DNA of 49,047 nt, from assembly GCA_038214755.1 (NCBI GenBank), contig JBBQRQ010000029.1, positions 1 through 49,047 on the forward strand. The letters are read 5' to 3'. Each line of letters begins with the position of its first letter. Position 1 is the first letter of the stretch. The notes beneath the pieces were generated by a model. It saw only the letters and a list, made by a program, of their open reading frames with translations, was not told the origin of the DNA and did no database searches. The translations under genes were made by a program, and so were the position numbers. Shown here piece after piece: positions 1 through 9,537 of the stretch. The stretch comes from Verrucomicrobiota bacterium. GTDB lineage: Bacteria > Verrucomicrobiota > Verrucomicrobiia > Limisphaerales > CANJXF01.

Positions 1-150
<150 letters not shown>

Positions 151-1077
151 ATGAAAACAAAAGAGGCCGCAAACTTTTTGAAAATGAGCAGCGCCCCTTT
201 CGCAGTCGCCGCTCTCTCCTCCACTGCGACCAACGCGGAAGTTGTTTCCCCCAAAAAGCGCGCGCTGAAAAAAGGCTACATGCTCAACACGTTTCCGCAG
301 GGGAAAAATCTTTCCATGCTGGAAAAATTTCAAATGTTGAAAGACGCCGGTTTCGAGGGAGTCGAGCCAAACAGCCATTCGGATCGAGACGAAATTTTGC
401 AAGCGCGCGACAAAACGGGATTGGCCGTCGCCAGCATCAGTTGCGGCACCCACACGCGATTTTTTTCCAATCCAGCGGCGGGTGAAAGACAGAAAGGTTT
501 GGATGGATTACTTCACGCTTTGCGCGACGCCAAAGCTTTCGGCGCGAAATCAATTCTCGTTGTGCCCGGCGGCGTTGATGAAAAAGTTTCCTACACCGAG
601 AATTACAAACGCACGCAGGAGGAGATTCGCAAAGCGGTTCCGCTGGCCGAAGAACTCGGTGTGGTGATGGCGATTGAAAATGTTTGGAACAACTTTTTGC
701 TCAGCCCGCTCGAAGCCGCGCGCTACGTGGATGAATTTAAAAGTCCGGCGGTCGGATGGCATTTTGATATCGGCAACGTGATCAGCATCGGCTGGCCGGA
801 ACACTGGATTCGTGTCCTGGGCAAACGTATTCAGAAACTTCACATCAAAGAATTCAGCCGGAAAAAAATGAACGAGGAAGGTTTGCGCAAAGGTTTTGCC
901 GTCGAATATCTCGAAGGCGATAACGATTGGCCCGCCGTCATGAAAGCCCTCGACGAAATTGGCTACGAAGGTTGGTGCATCATCGAAGACGCCTGCGGCC
1001 CCTGCAAAGAAAAGATTTCTCCAGAGGCGTTTCTGAAAAAAGTTTCCGCACAACTTGATAAGATTCTGGCGAGTTAA
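151..1077 (+). CDS. Sugar phosphate isomerase/epimerase (xylose isomerase-like TIM barrel, AP_endonuc_2 family), probably Tat-exported
   Basis: AIENVWNNFLLSP, HFDIGN and LHIKE metal-binding motifs; the N-terminus resembles a Tat signal (FLK) but lies next to low-quality sequence. Confidence 0.85.
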   Translation: MKTKEAANFLKMSSAPFAVAALSSTATNAEVVSPKKRALKKGYMLNTFPQGKNLSMLEKFQMLKDAGFEGVEPNSHSDRDEILQARDKTGLAVASISCGTHTRFFSNPAAGERQKGLDGLLHALRDAKAFGAKSILVVPGGVDEKVSYTENYKRTQEEIRKAVPLAEELGVVMAIENVWNNFLLSPLEAARYVDEFKSPAVGWHFDIGNVISIGWPEHWIRVLGKRIQKLHIKEFSRKKMNEEGLRKGFAVEYLEGDNDWPAVMKALDEIGYEGWCIIEDACGPCKEKISPEAFLKKVSAQLDKILAS

Positions 1078-1080
1078 TTT

Positions 1081-1995
1081 ATGAATCTCAATTTTTCGCG
1101 ACGTGACTTTTTGAAGACGGGCGGCGCTGCGGTCGCGTTGGCCGCGCTTTCACCCACAGGATTCACAGACGAAGCTCCGGAAAAAAAACGCGGCCTGAAG
1201 AAAGCGATCATGTTCGCCACCGTCGGGATCCCGGGTACGGTGCTGGAAAAATTTAAGGCAATCAAAGACGCGGGTTTCGCTGGCGTCGAGCCGATGAGCC
1301 ACATGAACGTCGAAGAAGTTCTAAAAGCTCGCGACGAAACAGGTCTAAAAATTCCGAGCGTTTGTTGCGGAACGCACTGGAAAGAAAATTTGGCGGCGCC
1401 CAATCCGGCGGAGCGCGAACGGGGACTCGATGGATTAAGGCAATCTTTGCAGGACGCCAAAAAATATGGAGCGACCTCGGTGTTGTTTATTTCCGCGGTG
1501 GTGAACAAACAAGTTTCCTACGCGGACGCTTACACCCGCTCGCAGCAGGAGCTTCGCAAAGCGATTCCTCTCGCGGAAGAACTCGGCGTCAAGATCGCCA
1601 TCGAGAATGTCTGGAACAATTTTTTGCTCAGCCCTCTTGAAGCGGCGCGCTACGTGGATGAATTAAAGAGTCCGGCGGTCGGATGGCATTTCGACATCGG
1701 CAATGTTCTCCGTTACGGCTGGCCGGAACAGTGGATTCCCATTCTCAATTCGCGAATTCAAAAGCTGCACATGAAAGAATACAGCCGCCAGAAAATGCAA
1801 AGCGCCGGTTTGTGGAAAGGTTTCGATGTGCAATATCTGGAGGGCGATAACAACTGGCCAAAAATTATGAAAGCGCTGGATGGGATCGGCTACAACGGCT
1901 GGGCGATTGCGGAACCGGCTTATCCCAACGCGGCGAGCGACGCGGCAGGTTTAAAAAATATTTCGGATAGGCTGGATAAAATCTTCGCAAGATGA
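1081..1995 (+). CDS. Sugar phosphate isomerase/epimerase, Tat-exported; tandem paralogue of 151..1077
   Basis: SRRDFLK twin-arginine motif; same ENVWNN/HFDIGN/LHMKE motifs. Confidence 0.88.
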   Translation: MNLNFSRRDFLKTGGAAVALAALSPTGFTDEAPEKKRGLKKAIMFATVGIPGTVLEKFKAIKDAGFAGVEPMSHMNVEEVLKARDETGLKIPSVCCGTHWKENLAAPNPAERERGLDGLRQSLQDAKKYGATSVLFISAVVNKQVSYADAYTRSQQELRKAIPLAEELGVKIAIENVWNNFLLSPLEAARYVDELKSPAVGWHFDIGNVLRYGWPEQWIPILNSRIQKLHMKEYSRQKMQSAGLWKGFDVQYLEGDNNWPKIMKALDGIGYNGWAIAEPAYPNAASDAAGLKNISDRLDKIFAR

Positions 1996-1999
1996 CTCG

Positions 2000-2137
2000 G
2001 GGTAGCATCTGCCTCCGGCGGGTGCGAAGAGATTTCTTATTTCGATCGATGGTGATTTATTTCGACACATCGAACATCCAACATCGAACGCTGAACAACG
2101 AAAGGGATTTCGCACCCGCCGGAGGCAGATGCTACCC
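2000..2137. repeat. REPIN-like inverted repeat pair (GTAG-type) with an internal short heptamer run
   Basis: gggtagcatctgcctccggcgggtgcgaa ... ttcgcacccgccggaggcagatgctaccc; a single arm recurs at about 15511-15537. Confidence 0.85.
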
Positions 2138-2158
2138 GACCTACGAACATATCGTCGC

Positions 2159-2174
2159 ATCAGGATAGCTTGAT
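2159..2174. promoter_or_regulatory. Candidate palindromic operator upstream of metH (SahR-like box)
   Basis: ATCAGG-ATAG-CTTGAT imperfect palindrome 36 nt before the metH ATG. Confidence 0.35.
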
Positions 2175-2210
2175 TTATTCGTTTCGTTAGGTCAAAGTGG
2201 GCGCGACTGA

Positions 2211-5200
2211 ATGAGTAAATCTTCAAATCGAATTGAGCGGCTGGAAAAATTGTTGCGCGAACGGATCATCATCATCGACGGAGCGATGGGCACGATGATC
2301 CAGCAACGAAATTTATCGGAAAAAGATTTTCGCGGAGAACGCTGGGCCGAGTGGAAAGGGAAAGACCTCAAAGGGAACAACGACCTCCTCAACCTCACTC
2401 AGCCGAAAATCATCGAAGAAATTCATCGGCAATATCTCGAAGCGGGCGCGGATATCGTTGAGACGAACACTTTCAACTCTCAGGCAATTTCGCTCGCGGA
2501 TTATGGATTGGAGTCGCTCGCCTACGAATTGGCGCGCGCCGGAGCGGAGTGCGCGCGTCGCGCTGCTGATGCCGTTGAGAAAGGAAATCCCGACCGCATT
2601 TGTTTCGTCGCGGGGGCGATCGGGCCGACCACGAAGACCACTTCCATCTCGACGGACGTGAACAATCCGGCGGCGCGCGGCACGACTTACGACGAATTAG
2701 TGACCGCATATGCAGAACAAATTCGCGGCCTCCTCGATGGCGGCGCGGACATTCTTCTGGTCGAAACCATTTTCGACACGCTGAATGCGAAGGCCGCGTT
2801 TTTCGCGGTGGAAAAAGTTTTTGAGGAGCGCGGAATTGAAACGGTTCCATTCCAACCATCCCTTGCTCAATCGCCAAAGGGCAATCGCCAAAGGGCAATC
2901 GCCAATCGCCAATCCCAAATCCCCATCATGGCGTCGGTCACGTTCATCCAAGCGGGAAGCAATCGTGGCGTGACGGGGCAAACGGTCGAAGCCTTTTGGA
3001 ATTCCATTTCGCACGTGCCGCTATTGAGCGTCGGAATGAACTGCGCGCTCGGGCCAAAAGAAATGCGGCCGCTCATCGAGGAGCTTTCAAAAATCGCGCC
3101 TATTCCGGTGAGTTGTTATCCGAACGCCGGTTTGCCCAATCCACTTTTGCCGACAGGTTTTCCTGAGACGCCCGAATCGCTCGCGCCTCAATTGGAAGAT
3201 TGGGCGAAAAACGGTTGGCTGAATTTAGTGGGCGGTTGCTGTGGCACGACGCCGGAACATATCAAAATGATCGCCGACGCCGTGCGAGATTTGCCGCCGC
3301 GCGTGCCGCCGATCGTGGAACCTTTTCTACGGCTCAGCGGCTTGGACGCGCTCACCGTGACGCCGCAAACCAATTTTGTGAACGTGGGCGAGCGAACGAA
3401 CGTCACTGGCTCGCCGAAGTTCTCCAAACTGATTCTCGAAGGAAAGTATGAGGAAGCGCTTACGGTCGCGAAGCAACAAGTGGTCAACGGCGCGCAAATC
3501 ATCGACGTGAACATGGACGAAGGGATGCTTGATGGCGTCAAGGCGATGACCCATTTTCTGAATCTCATCGCGAGTGAGCCGGACATTTCTCGCGTGCCGA
3601 TCATGGTTGATTCCTCGAAATGGTCGGTAATCGAGGCGGGGCTGAAATGCGTTCAAGGCAAAGGCATCGTCAATTCGATTTCGTTAAAAGAAGGCGAGGC
3701 GAAATTTATCGAGCAGGCAAAACTCGTTCGACGCTACGGCGCTGCCGTCGTGGTGATGGCATTTGATGAACGCGGCCAGGCGGATTCATTCGAGCGCAAA
3801 ATAGAAGTGTGCCAACACGCCTACGAAATTCTCACGCAGCGCGTCGGGTTCCCGCCAGAAGATATTATTTTCGATCCGAACATTCTCACCGTCGCAACCG
3901 GCATGGATGAACACAACAATTACGCGGTGGATTTCATTCGCGCGACGAAGTGGATCAAAGAAAATCTCCCACGCGCAAAAGTCAGCGGCGGCATCAGCAA
4001 TATTTCATTTTCGTTTCGAGGCAACAATGTCGTGCGCGAAGCGATGCACAGCGCATTTCTTTATCATGCCATTCAGGCCGGATTGGACATGGGCATCGTC
4101 AACGCAGGCATGCTCGAAGTTTATGCGGAAATTCCAAAAGACCTTCTCGAATTGGTCGAGGACGTTTTGCTGAACCGCAAACCCGACGCGACGGAACGCC
4201 TGGTGAAATTTGCCGAGTCCGTGAAGAAAAAAGACAAGGCGGAAGTTGTCGCGGACGAGTGGCGCAGCGGTTCGGTGGAAGAACGTCTCAGTCACGCCCT
4301 CGTGAAAGGAGTGGTTGATTTCATCGAGGTGGACATTGAAGAGGCGCGACAAAAATACGAGCGCCCGCTGATGGTGATCGAAGGGCCGCTCATGGCCGGG
4401 ATGAATGTCGTCGGAGATTTATTCGGTTCCGGGAAAATGTTTTTGCCGCAAGTGGTCAAGTCCGCCCGCGTGATGAAAAAGGCCGTGGCGTATCTTCTTC
4501 CGTTCATGGAAGCCGAGAAGGCGCGAACGCGGCGCATTCGCGAGTTGCGTTTGCTGGCGCGGAAATTGCACGGGGAAACGGTCACACTCATCGAAGGTTT
4601 CACTTACACACCTCACCCCGAACTGACCGAGAAAGAACGTCTGATGGAACAAAAATTCGCCGCCGAATTGGCCGCCGATCTCGAAGGGGCGGCCAGACGT
4701 TACGAGGCTGAATTTGCCAACGTGTTTGACCGCAACAACGCGCAGGAACTTAGCCCGGATTACGCGGCCAGCCGCGAAAGCCGCCAGCGATGGAGCGTGG
4801 CGACTCTTGGTCCTGCCGGGGGATTTATCGACTGGCTGTATCAAAGGAGGATTGAACAATTGCCGCCAGAAAGTTTGATTGCATTCAACGCGGGAGGGCA
4901 GGGCAGCGGCAAGACCACCGCGACCCGGCAGGCGGAGGTTGAGCGCGCCGCCAATATTTTGATGGATGGCACATTGCAGGATGAAGTGCGAAGCCGCCAG
5001 CATATCAAAGCTGCGCTCGAAAGGGGCCATGTGGCTCATATCCGGTTCGTTTATTGCCCGTGGGACAAAGCGGTGGTCAATATCCTGCGCCGAGCCGCGA
5101 AGGAAACCGGCCGTATCGTTCCATTGTCCCGCGCGGTCGGAGGGCATTTTCGATCGGCGAGAAATGTCCTCTCGCTCGACCAAAATAAGCCGTCGAACAA

Positions 5201-7091
5201 AGGAAGGTTTGAACTTTTTGTCTTCGACAATACGGACTTTGCCAATCCTAAATTGCAGAACTTGGAGTGGCTTCGTAAACACCTGCACAAGTCCACTAAA
5301 ATTCTCCTTGAAACCGGGCGCACAGTAGCAGAAAATTATCTCCATGAAAACAGCGACGATCCAGACTTCAATTCCGAGGAAATTCGATACGGATTCTTCC
5401 AAACGACCGAGCATCGAGGAACGGATTCACCAGCTCAACGAAGCGACGTTGTTGGTTCTCCGACGAGCGGGATTAGCTCGCAAGCTGAAGGAAGAGCAGG
5501 AGCAGCAGGAGAAACTGGCCGCGACCTCCCGCTAATCGAAAGCGACAAAGCCGGACGCATCCTCCTTGCCACCGTCAAAGGCGACGTGCATGACATCGGC
5601 AAAAATATTGTAGGTGTCGTGCTCGCTTGTAATAACTACGAAGTCATAGATCTCGGCGTGATGGTTCCGTGCGAAAAAATTCTCCAGACCGCGCGCGAAC
5701 TGAATGTGGACATCATCGGCTTGAGCGGATTGATCACGCCCTCGCTGGACGAGATGGCGCACGTCGCCAAAGAAATGGAGCGGCAAGGTTTTAAAATTCC
5801 ATTGCTCATTGGCGGCGCGACGACAAGCAAAGCTCACACCGCCGTGAAAATTGCGCCGGGATATTCCGAGGCAGTGGTGCATGTGCTCGATGCCTCGCGC
5901 GCCGTGCCGATTGTGGGAAGCTTGATCAGCGGAGAGCAAAAACCCGCTTTCATCGCAACGATCCGAAATGAATATGATCGGCTCCGCTCGCAACACGCCG
6001 GACAAAAAACAAAACTTCTAAACCTCGAGGGCGCCCGAGCGAATGCGCCTCAATTAAAATACGACAATTTGCCGCGACCAGAATTCGTCGGTGTGCGAGC
6101 GCTGACCGATGTTTCGTTAAGCGCACTTCGCGAGTTCATTGATTGGTCGCCATTTTTTCACACGTGGGAATTGCGGGGACGTTATCCGGCAATTTTGCAG
6201 CATGAAAAATACGGCGAAGAAGCGCGCAAACTTTTTGCCGATGCGCAAAAACTCCTGGATCAAATCGTTGAGAAAAAACTTTTGCAACCGCGCGGCGTGT
6301 ATGGATTTTTTCCAGCCAATCGCGTCGGAGACGACGTGGAACTTTACGGCGAAGAATCGCGGACGAAAGCGCTGACGACTTTCCATTTCCTGCGCCAACA
6401 AATTGAAAAGCCAAAAGGACAATCCAATTATTGTCTTGCCGATTTCGTCGCGCCGAAAAGTAGAACAGACGTCTCGCCTGTCCAGGGAGGGGCAGGCGAG
6501 ACGCCCACCCTACTTTCAGATTATCTCGGCGCGTTTGCCGTTACGAGCGGCCACGGACTGAAGGAACTGACAGAAAAATTCAAAGCAGATCACGACGACT
6601 ACAACGCGATCATGGCTGAGGCGCTCGCTGATCGCCTGGCCGAGGCCTTCGCCGAATATTTGCACCAACGGGTTCGCCAAGAATGGGGTTTTGGCAAAAA
6701 CGAAAATTTTAAAGTCGAAGAGTTGCTCGAAGAAAAATATCGCGGCATTCGTCCGGCAGCCGGTTATCCCGCCTGCCCCGATCACACCGAGAAAAAAATT
6801 CTGTGGGAGCTTCTTCAGCCGGACAAAAATGCCGGCATTCAAATCACGGAAAACTTTGCCATGTGGCCGGGCAGCAGCGTAAGTGGGCTTTATTTCGCGC
6901 ATCCCGAATCAAAATATTTCGCGGTGGGCAAACTCGGACGCGACCAGATTCTCGATTATCATTTGCGCAAAGGAATGACGGTTCAGGAAGTGGAACGCTG
7001 GCTTGGACCGTATCTAAATTACGAACCCAATCAGAAAGAAAACGCGCCGACGGAGACCCGGAAAGCCTGTGCGTGTGGCCTATCCCACTGA
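2211..7091 (+). CDS. metH: Cobalamin-dependent methionine synthase with three in-frame insertions (1626 aa)
   Basis: [16 protein letters not shown] and GGCCGT (homocysteine domain); [11 protein letters not shown] (pterin domain); [14 protein letters not shown] (cap); [10 protein letters not shown] and [10 protein letters not shown] (B12-binding); [12 protein letters not shown] (activation domain). Confidence 0.97.
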   Translation: MSKSSNRIERLEKLLRERIIIIDGAMGTMIQQRNLSEKDFRGERWAEWKGKDLKGNNDLLNLTQPKIIEEIHRQYLEAGADIVETNTFNSQAISLADYGLESLAYELARAGAECARRAADAVEKGNPDRICFVAGAIGPTTKTTSISTDVNNPAARGTTYDELVTAYAEQIRGLLDGGADILLVETIFDTLNAKAAFFAVEKVFEERGIETVPFQPSLAQSPKGNRQRAIANRQSQIPIMASVTFIQAGSNRGVTGQTVEAFWNSISHVPLLSVGMNCALGPKEMRPLIEELSKIAPIPVSCYPNAGLPNPLLPTGFPETPESLAPQLEDWAKNGWLNLVGGCCGTTPEHIKMIADAVRDLPPRVPPIVEPFLRLSGLDALTVTPQTNFVNVGERTNVTGSPKFSKLILEGKYEEALTVAKQQVVNGAQIIDVNMDEGMLDGVKAMTHFLNLIASEPDISRVPIMVDSSKWSVIEAGLKCVQGKGIVNSISLKEGEAKFIEQAKLVRRYGAAVVVMAFDERGQADSFERKIEVCQHAYEILTQRVGFPPEDIIFDPNILTVATGMDEHNNYAVDFIRATKWIKENLPRAKVSGGISNISFSFRGNNVVREAMHSAFLYHAIQAGLDMGIVNAGMLEVYAEIPKDLLELVEDVLLNRKPDATERLVKFAESVKKKDKAEVVADEWRSGSVEERLSHALVKGVVDFIEVDIEEARQKYERPLMVIEGPLMAGMNVVGDLFGSGKMFLPQVVKSARVMKKAVAYLLPFMEAEKARTRRIRELRLLARKLHGETVTLIEGFTYTPHPELTEKERLMEQKFAAELAADLEGAARRYEAEFANVFDRNNAQELSPDYAASRESRQRWSVATLGPAGGFIDWLYQRRIEQLPPESLIAFNAGGQGSGKTTATRQAEVERAANILMDGTLQDEVRSRQHIKAALERGHVAHIRFVYCPWDKAVVNILRRAAKETGRIVPLSRAVGGHFRSARNVLSLDQNKPSNKGRFELFVFDNTDFANPKLQNLEWLRKHLHKSTKILLETGRTVAENYLHENSDDPDFNSEEIRYGFFQTTEHRGTDSPAQRSDVVGSPTSGISSQAEGRAGAAGETGRDLPLIESDKAGRILLATVKGDVHDIGKNIVGVVLACNNYEVIDLGVMVPCEKILQTARELNVDIIGLSGLITPSLDEMAHVAKEMERQGFKIPLLIGGATTSKAHTAVKIAPGYSEAVVHVLDASRAVPIVGSLISGEQKPAFIATIRNEYDRLRSQHAGQKTKLLNLEGARANAPQLKYDNLPRPEFVGVRALTDVSLSALREFIDWSPFFHTWELRGRYPAILQHEKYGEEARKLFADAQKLLDQIVEKKLLQPRGVYGFFPANRVGDDVELYGEESRTKALTTFHFLRQQIEKPKGQSNYCLADFVAPKSRTDVSPVQGGAGETPTLLSDYLGAFAVTSGHGLKELTEKFKADHDDYNAIMAEALADRLAEAFAEYLHQRVRQEWGFGKNENFKVEELLEEKYRGIRPAAGYPACPDHTEKKILWELLQPDKNAGIQITENFAMWPGSSVSGLYFAHPESKYFAVGKLGRDQILDYHLRKGMTVQEVERWLGPYLNYEPNQKENAPTETRKACACGLSH
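2868..2923. repeat. Heptamer tandem repeat (CAATCGC/CAAAGGG, 8 units) inside metH
   Basis: caatcgc caaaggg caatcgc caaaggg caatcgc caatcgc caatccc aaatccc, translated as [18 protein letters not shown]. Confidence 0.85.
4521..5546 (+). other. In-frame inserted P-loop NTPase/kinase domain (zeta-toxin-like) within metH, about aa 771-1112
   Basis: Lies between LLPFMEAEK and [16 protein letters not shown]; Walker [10 protein letters not shown] (4893-4919), ILMDGTL, RRA..TGRIVP, FVFDNT. Confidence 0.8.
5344..5535 (+). CDS. Candidate 63-aa helical protein overlapping metH in the +1 frame (possible partner or antitoxin of the inserted domain)
   Basis: ATG start; amphipathic [37 protein letters not shown]; stops about 11 nt before MetH homology resumes. 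Confidence 0.4.
   Translation: MKTATIQTSIPRKFDTDSSKRPSIEERIHQLNEATLLVLRRAGLARKLKEEQEQQEKLAATSR
6457..6516. repeat. REPIN-like palindrome in frame in the metH activation domain
   Basis: aaaGTAGaacagacgtctcgcctgtcc ... gggcaggcgagacgcccaccCTACttt, 60 bp, translated as [20 protein letters not shown]. Confidence 0.8.
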
Positions 7092-7248
7092 TATTCTCTT
7101 TGCCCAGAATAGTTTTCTGAAAAGACCTCGTGCGGATGGAACGCCGAACTCCGGTCCGGCTCGTGACGGAGAATTTGGCGTCGGGACGATGGGAAAATCA
7201 GCGCTCCTATCTGGAATTTATTTCGGCAACCGTTCTATTTTGTTCAGA

Positions 7249-7983
7249 GTGAAATCACTAATTTTTATTTCCGTCGCGCTCTCGTCACTGTTGACGCGGG
7301 GTTCCTTCGCCGCCGACACGAACAAGGCGGACGCGGCAAAAGTAATCGTGGCGGTCGCTCAAGCCGACGGTGAACTCAAAGGAATTCCCTTCGCAGATGT
7401 CGTCAAAGCCACCACCGGGAAAAAGATTTTATCGTTTGATCTCACCAACGAAGCTGACCGCGAACTGCTCGCCAAAATTGGCGCGGCGATGGACGAAGTA
7501 ATGACGCGAATGAATGCCACGAACAGCGTCGCGCAAAAACAAAAACGCATTAACGAAGTGAGCAGTCATTTTGAAAATGAAATCAAACAAGTGCTAAATG
7601 GGACGCCCGGTTTTTCCTGCGACATTCCGCGTCTGGCTTCGGGCAAGGTGCAGCGATCCGGGTATCCTGATTTGCGGCTGGTCGATAAAAAGACCGGGCG
7701 CATCGTTTACATTGATCCGAAACTTTACGCGCAAGGGAGCCGTTCCAGCAGCTTCCGCACTTTTTATTTCGAGCCAAAAACCGACACGAACAAGATTCTC
7801 GATGACGCTTGTCATCTGATTGTGGGCTTCGAGCACGACGGGCGAAAAAGCGGCGAGTGGAAATTTTTGAGTTGGGAGTTGATCGATTTGTCGCAGTTCA
7901 AAGTGCGATTGAAAGCGGAATTCCAAGGGAGCAATCGCGATCTGTATCAAGAGGCCGCCATCGTCGGAACCAGCCGGAAATAA
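7249..7983 (+). CDS. Hypothetical exported protein with a PD-(D/E)xK-like motif
   Basis: The GTG at 7249 gives the signal peptide MKSLIFISVALSSLLTRGSFA; GYPD-x13-IDPK; the ORF-track start at 7069 overlaps metH and is unlikely. Confidence 0.7.
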   Translation: MKSLIFISVALSSLLTRGSFAADTNKADAAKVIVAVAQADGELKGIPFADVVKATTGKKILSFDLTNEADRELLAKIGAAMDEVMTRMNATNSVAQKQKRINEVSSHFENEIKQVLNGTPGFSCDIPRLASGKVQRSGYPDLRLVDKKTGRIVYIDPKLYAQGSRSSSFRTFYFEPKTDTNKILDDACHLIVGFEHDGRKSGEWKFLSWELIDLSQFKVRLKAEFQGSNRDLYQEAAIVGTSRK

Positions 7984-7991
7984 CTTTTTGA

Positions 7992-8087
7992 GGAGCGCGG
8001 AATTCATTCCGCTTCGTGCTGATTAGTCGCTTGGCGCTCAATGACCGCAGGTTGTCGTCAGTCGAAGCGAAATAAATTCCGCGCTCC
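7992..8087. repeat. REPIN-like inverted pair (GGAG-type) between convergent genes
   Basis: ggagcgcggaattcattccgcttcg ... cgaagcgaaataaattccgcgctcc; family copies at 11774, 16068 and 48847. Confidence 0.85.
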
Positions 8088-8120
8088 GAAAACAGCGGTC
8101 AAGGAATGCCGCTGCAATAA

Positions 8121-8606
8121 TCAAAGGCGCGAAATTTTTTCGAGAATGGAAGTTGTGGATCGCCCCGGAACAATCGGAAGAATAAAAATTTTCGCGCCCA
8201 TTTCCTCCAAAATTTTCCGCTCTTCTTTGTCCAATGTTTCCAGTTCGTAGTCGCCGCCTTTGACGTAAATGTCGGGCGCGACATTTTTCAAAAACTGGCT
8301 TGCGGTTTTTTCGGAAAAAATTTGCACCGCGCTCACCATTTCCAATGCGGATAGGACCGTCGCGCGGTCAGTTTCATGGTTGATCGGACGGCCCTCGCCT
8401 TTGAGTTGACGCACGCCAGCGTCGCCGTTGACTCCCACGAGCAAAGCGTCGCCAAGTTTTCGCGCCGCTTCGAGATAAGTCACGTGGCCCGCGTGCAAGA
8501 GGTCAAAGCAGCCATTGGTCACGACCAGTTTTTTTTTGGACGCCCGCAATTCATCACGCCAAACTTTCAACGCGGCAGAGGACAGAATTTTATCCCGAAA
8601 ATTCAT
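8121..8606 (-). CDS. rfaE2: D-glycero-beta-D-manno-heptose 1-phosphate adenylyltransferase (RfaE domain II / HldC)
   Basis: TNGCFDLLHAGH, VGVNGD..V..LKG..RP, PDIYVKGGDY, STT. Confidence 0.9.
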   Translation of the reverse strand: MNFRDKILSSAALKVWRDELRASKKKLVVTNGCFDLLHAGHVTYLEAARKLGDALLVGVNGDAGVRQLKGEGRPINHETDRATVLSALEMVSAVQIFSEKTASQFLKNVAPDIYVKGGDYELETLDKEERKILEEMGAKIFILPIVPGRSTTSILEKISRL

Positions 8607-8697
8607 AGTGCCATTCGCGCATAAATCTTTCGCGCGAACAATTTATTATTTCAGGCTACAGAGGGGCGCATCTTCCGCGCGTGTTGCCCAAACAATT

Positions 8698-8794
8698 AGG
8701 AGCGCGGACGTTCTCGTCCGCGTGTTTCAACACCGAAAAAAACGTTAGCGTTTTCGCGCTTCCGATTCGCGCGGACGAGAACGTCCGCGCTCCT
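8698..8794. repeat. REPIN-like inverted pair (GGAG-type)
   Basis: aggagcgcggacgttctcgtccgcg ... cgcggacgagaacgtccgcgctcct. Confidence 0.85.
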
Positions 8795-8867
8795 TTCCAT
8801 AGCCGCGCTCCCGACAACACAAATGAAATCCCATTGGCAAATTTTCCCTGATTGTTAGCCTCGCCGC

Positions 8868-9395
8868 ATGGACGAACCGATCATCGATTTGCAGAGTGAC
8901 AATTATTTTATGGGCGAAGCATTGCGCCAGGCTCAACGCGCTTATCACGCCAAAGAAGTTCCTATCGGCGCAATCGTCGTTCGTGAAGGCCGCATCATCG
9001 CCCGCTCTTTTAATCAAGTGGAAACTTTGAAGGACGCGACCGCCCACGCCGAAATGCTCGCGCTCACTCAGGCCGAAGAAGTGGTAGGCGATTGGCGGCT
9101 GACCGGTTGCACGCTTTACTCCACGAAAGAGCCGTGCCCGATGTGCGCGGGCGCCCTCATCCATGTGCGGATGACGCGAGTGGTTTTTGGGGCGAGTGAC
9201 CTGAAAGCGGGCGCGGCAGGGAGCGCTTTAAATCTTCTGCAATTTCCGACGCTGAATCATCAATGCCAAATCACCCGTGGCGTGCGCGAAGCGGAATGCG
9301 GCTCGCTCCTTCGCACTTTTTTTTCCGAGCAACGCGCGGCGCGCAAAAATGAAATTGCGGAAAAGTTCGATGGAGAATCGACTTCACTTAATTGA
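8868..9395 (+). CDS. tadA: tRNA adenosine(34) deaminase
   Basis: EVPIGA, DATAHAE and EPCPMC zinc motif; LNH. Confidence 0.93.
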   Translation: MDEPIIDLQSDNYFMGEALRQAQRAYHAKEVPIGAIVVREGRIIARSFNQVETLKDATAHAEMLALTQAEEVVGDWRLTGCTLYSTKEPCPMCAGALIHVRMTRVVFGASDLKAGAAGSALNLLQFPTLNHQCQITRGVREAECGSLLRTFFSEQRAARKNEIAEKFDGESTSLN

Positions 9396-9537
9396 CGGAA
9401 GTCATCGAAATTTTTTCGTTCCATTTGTCGCGGGGGATACTTTGCGCATCTTTGTTCTGCTCTAAAAAAAGTTTGACAATATTCTGACAATCGTCAGTTT
9501 CGCCCGTCAGTCAGTAATCCACTAAAAGGGAATTCTT

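Noticed and set aside
676..1710. Gene conversion between the two isomerase paralogues
   Set aside because: The shared block has many synonymous differences, consistent with protein-level conservation
1996..2210. SAM or cobalamin riboswitch upstream of metH
   Set aside because: The structure is explained by a REPIN with another copy at about 15511; no riboswitch consensus recognised
4521..5546. Intein or homing endonuclease in metH
   Set aside because: No N-terminal Cys/Ser block, no C-terminal His-Asn followed by Cys/Ser/Thr, no LAGLIDADG or HNH motifs
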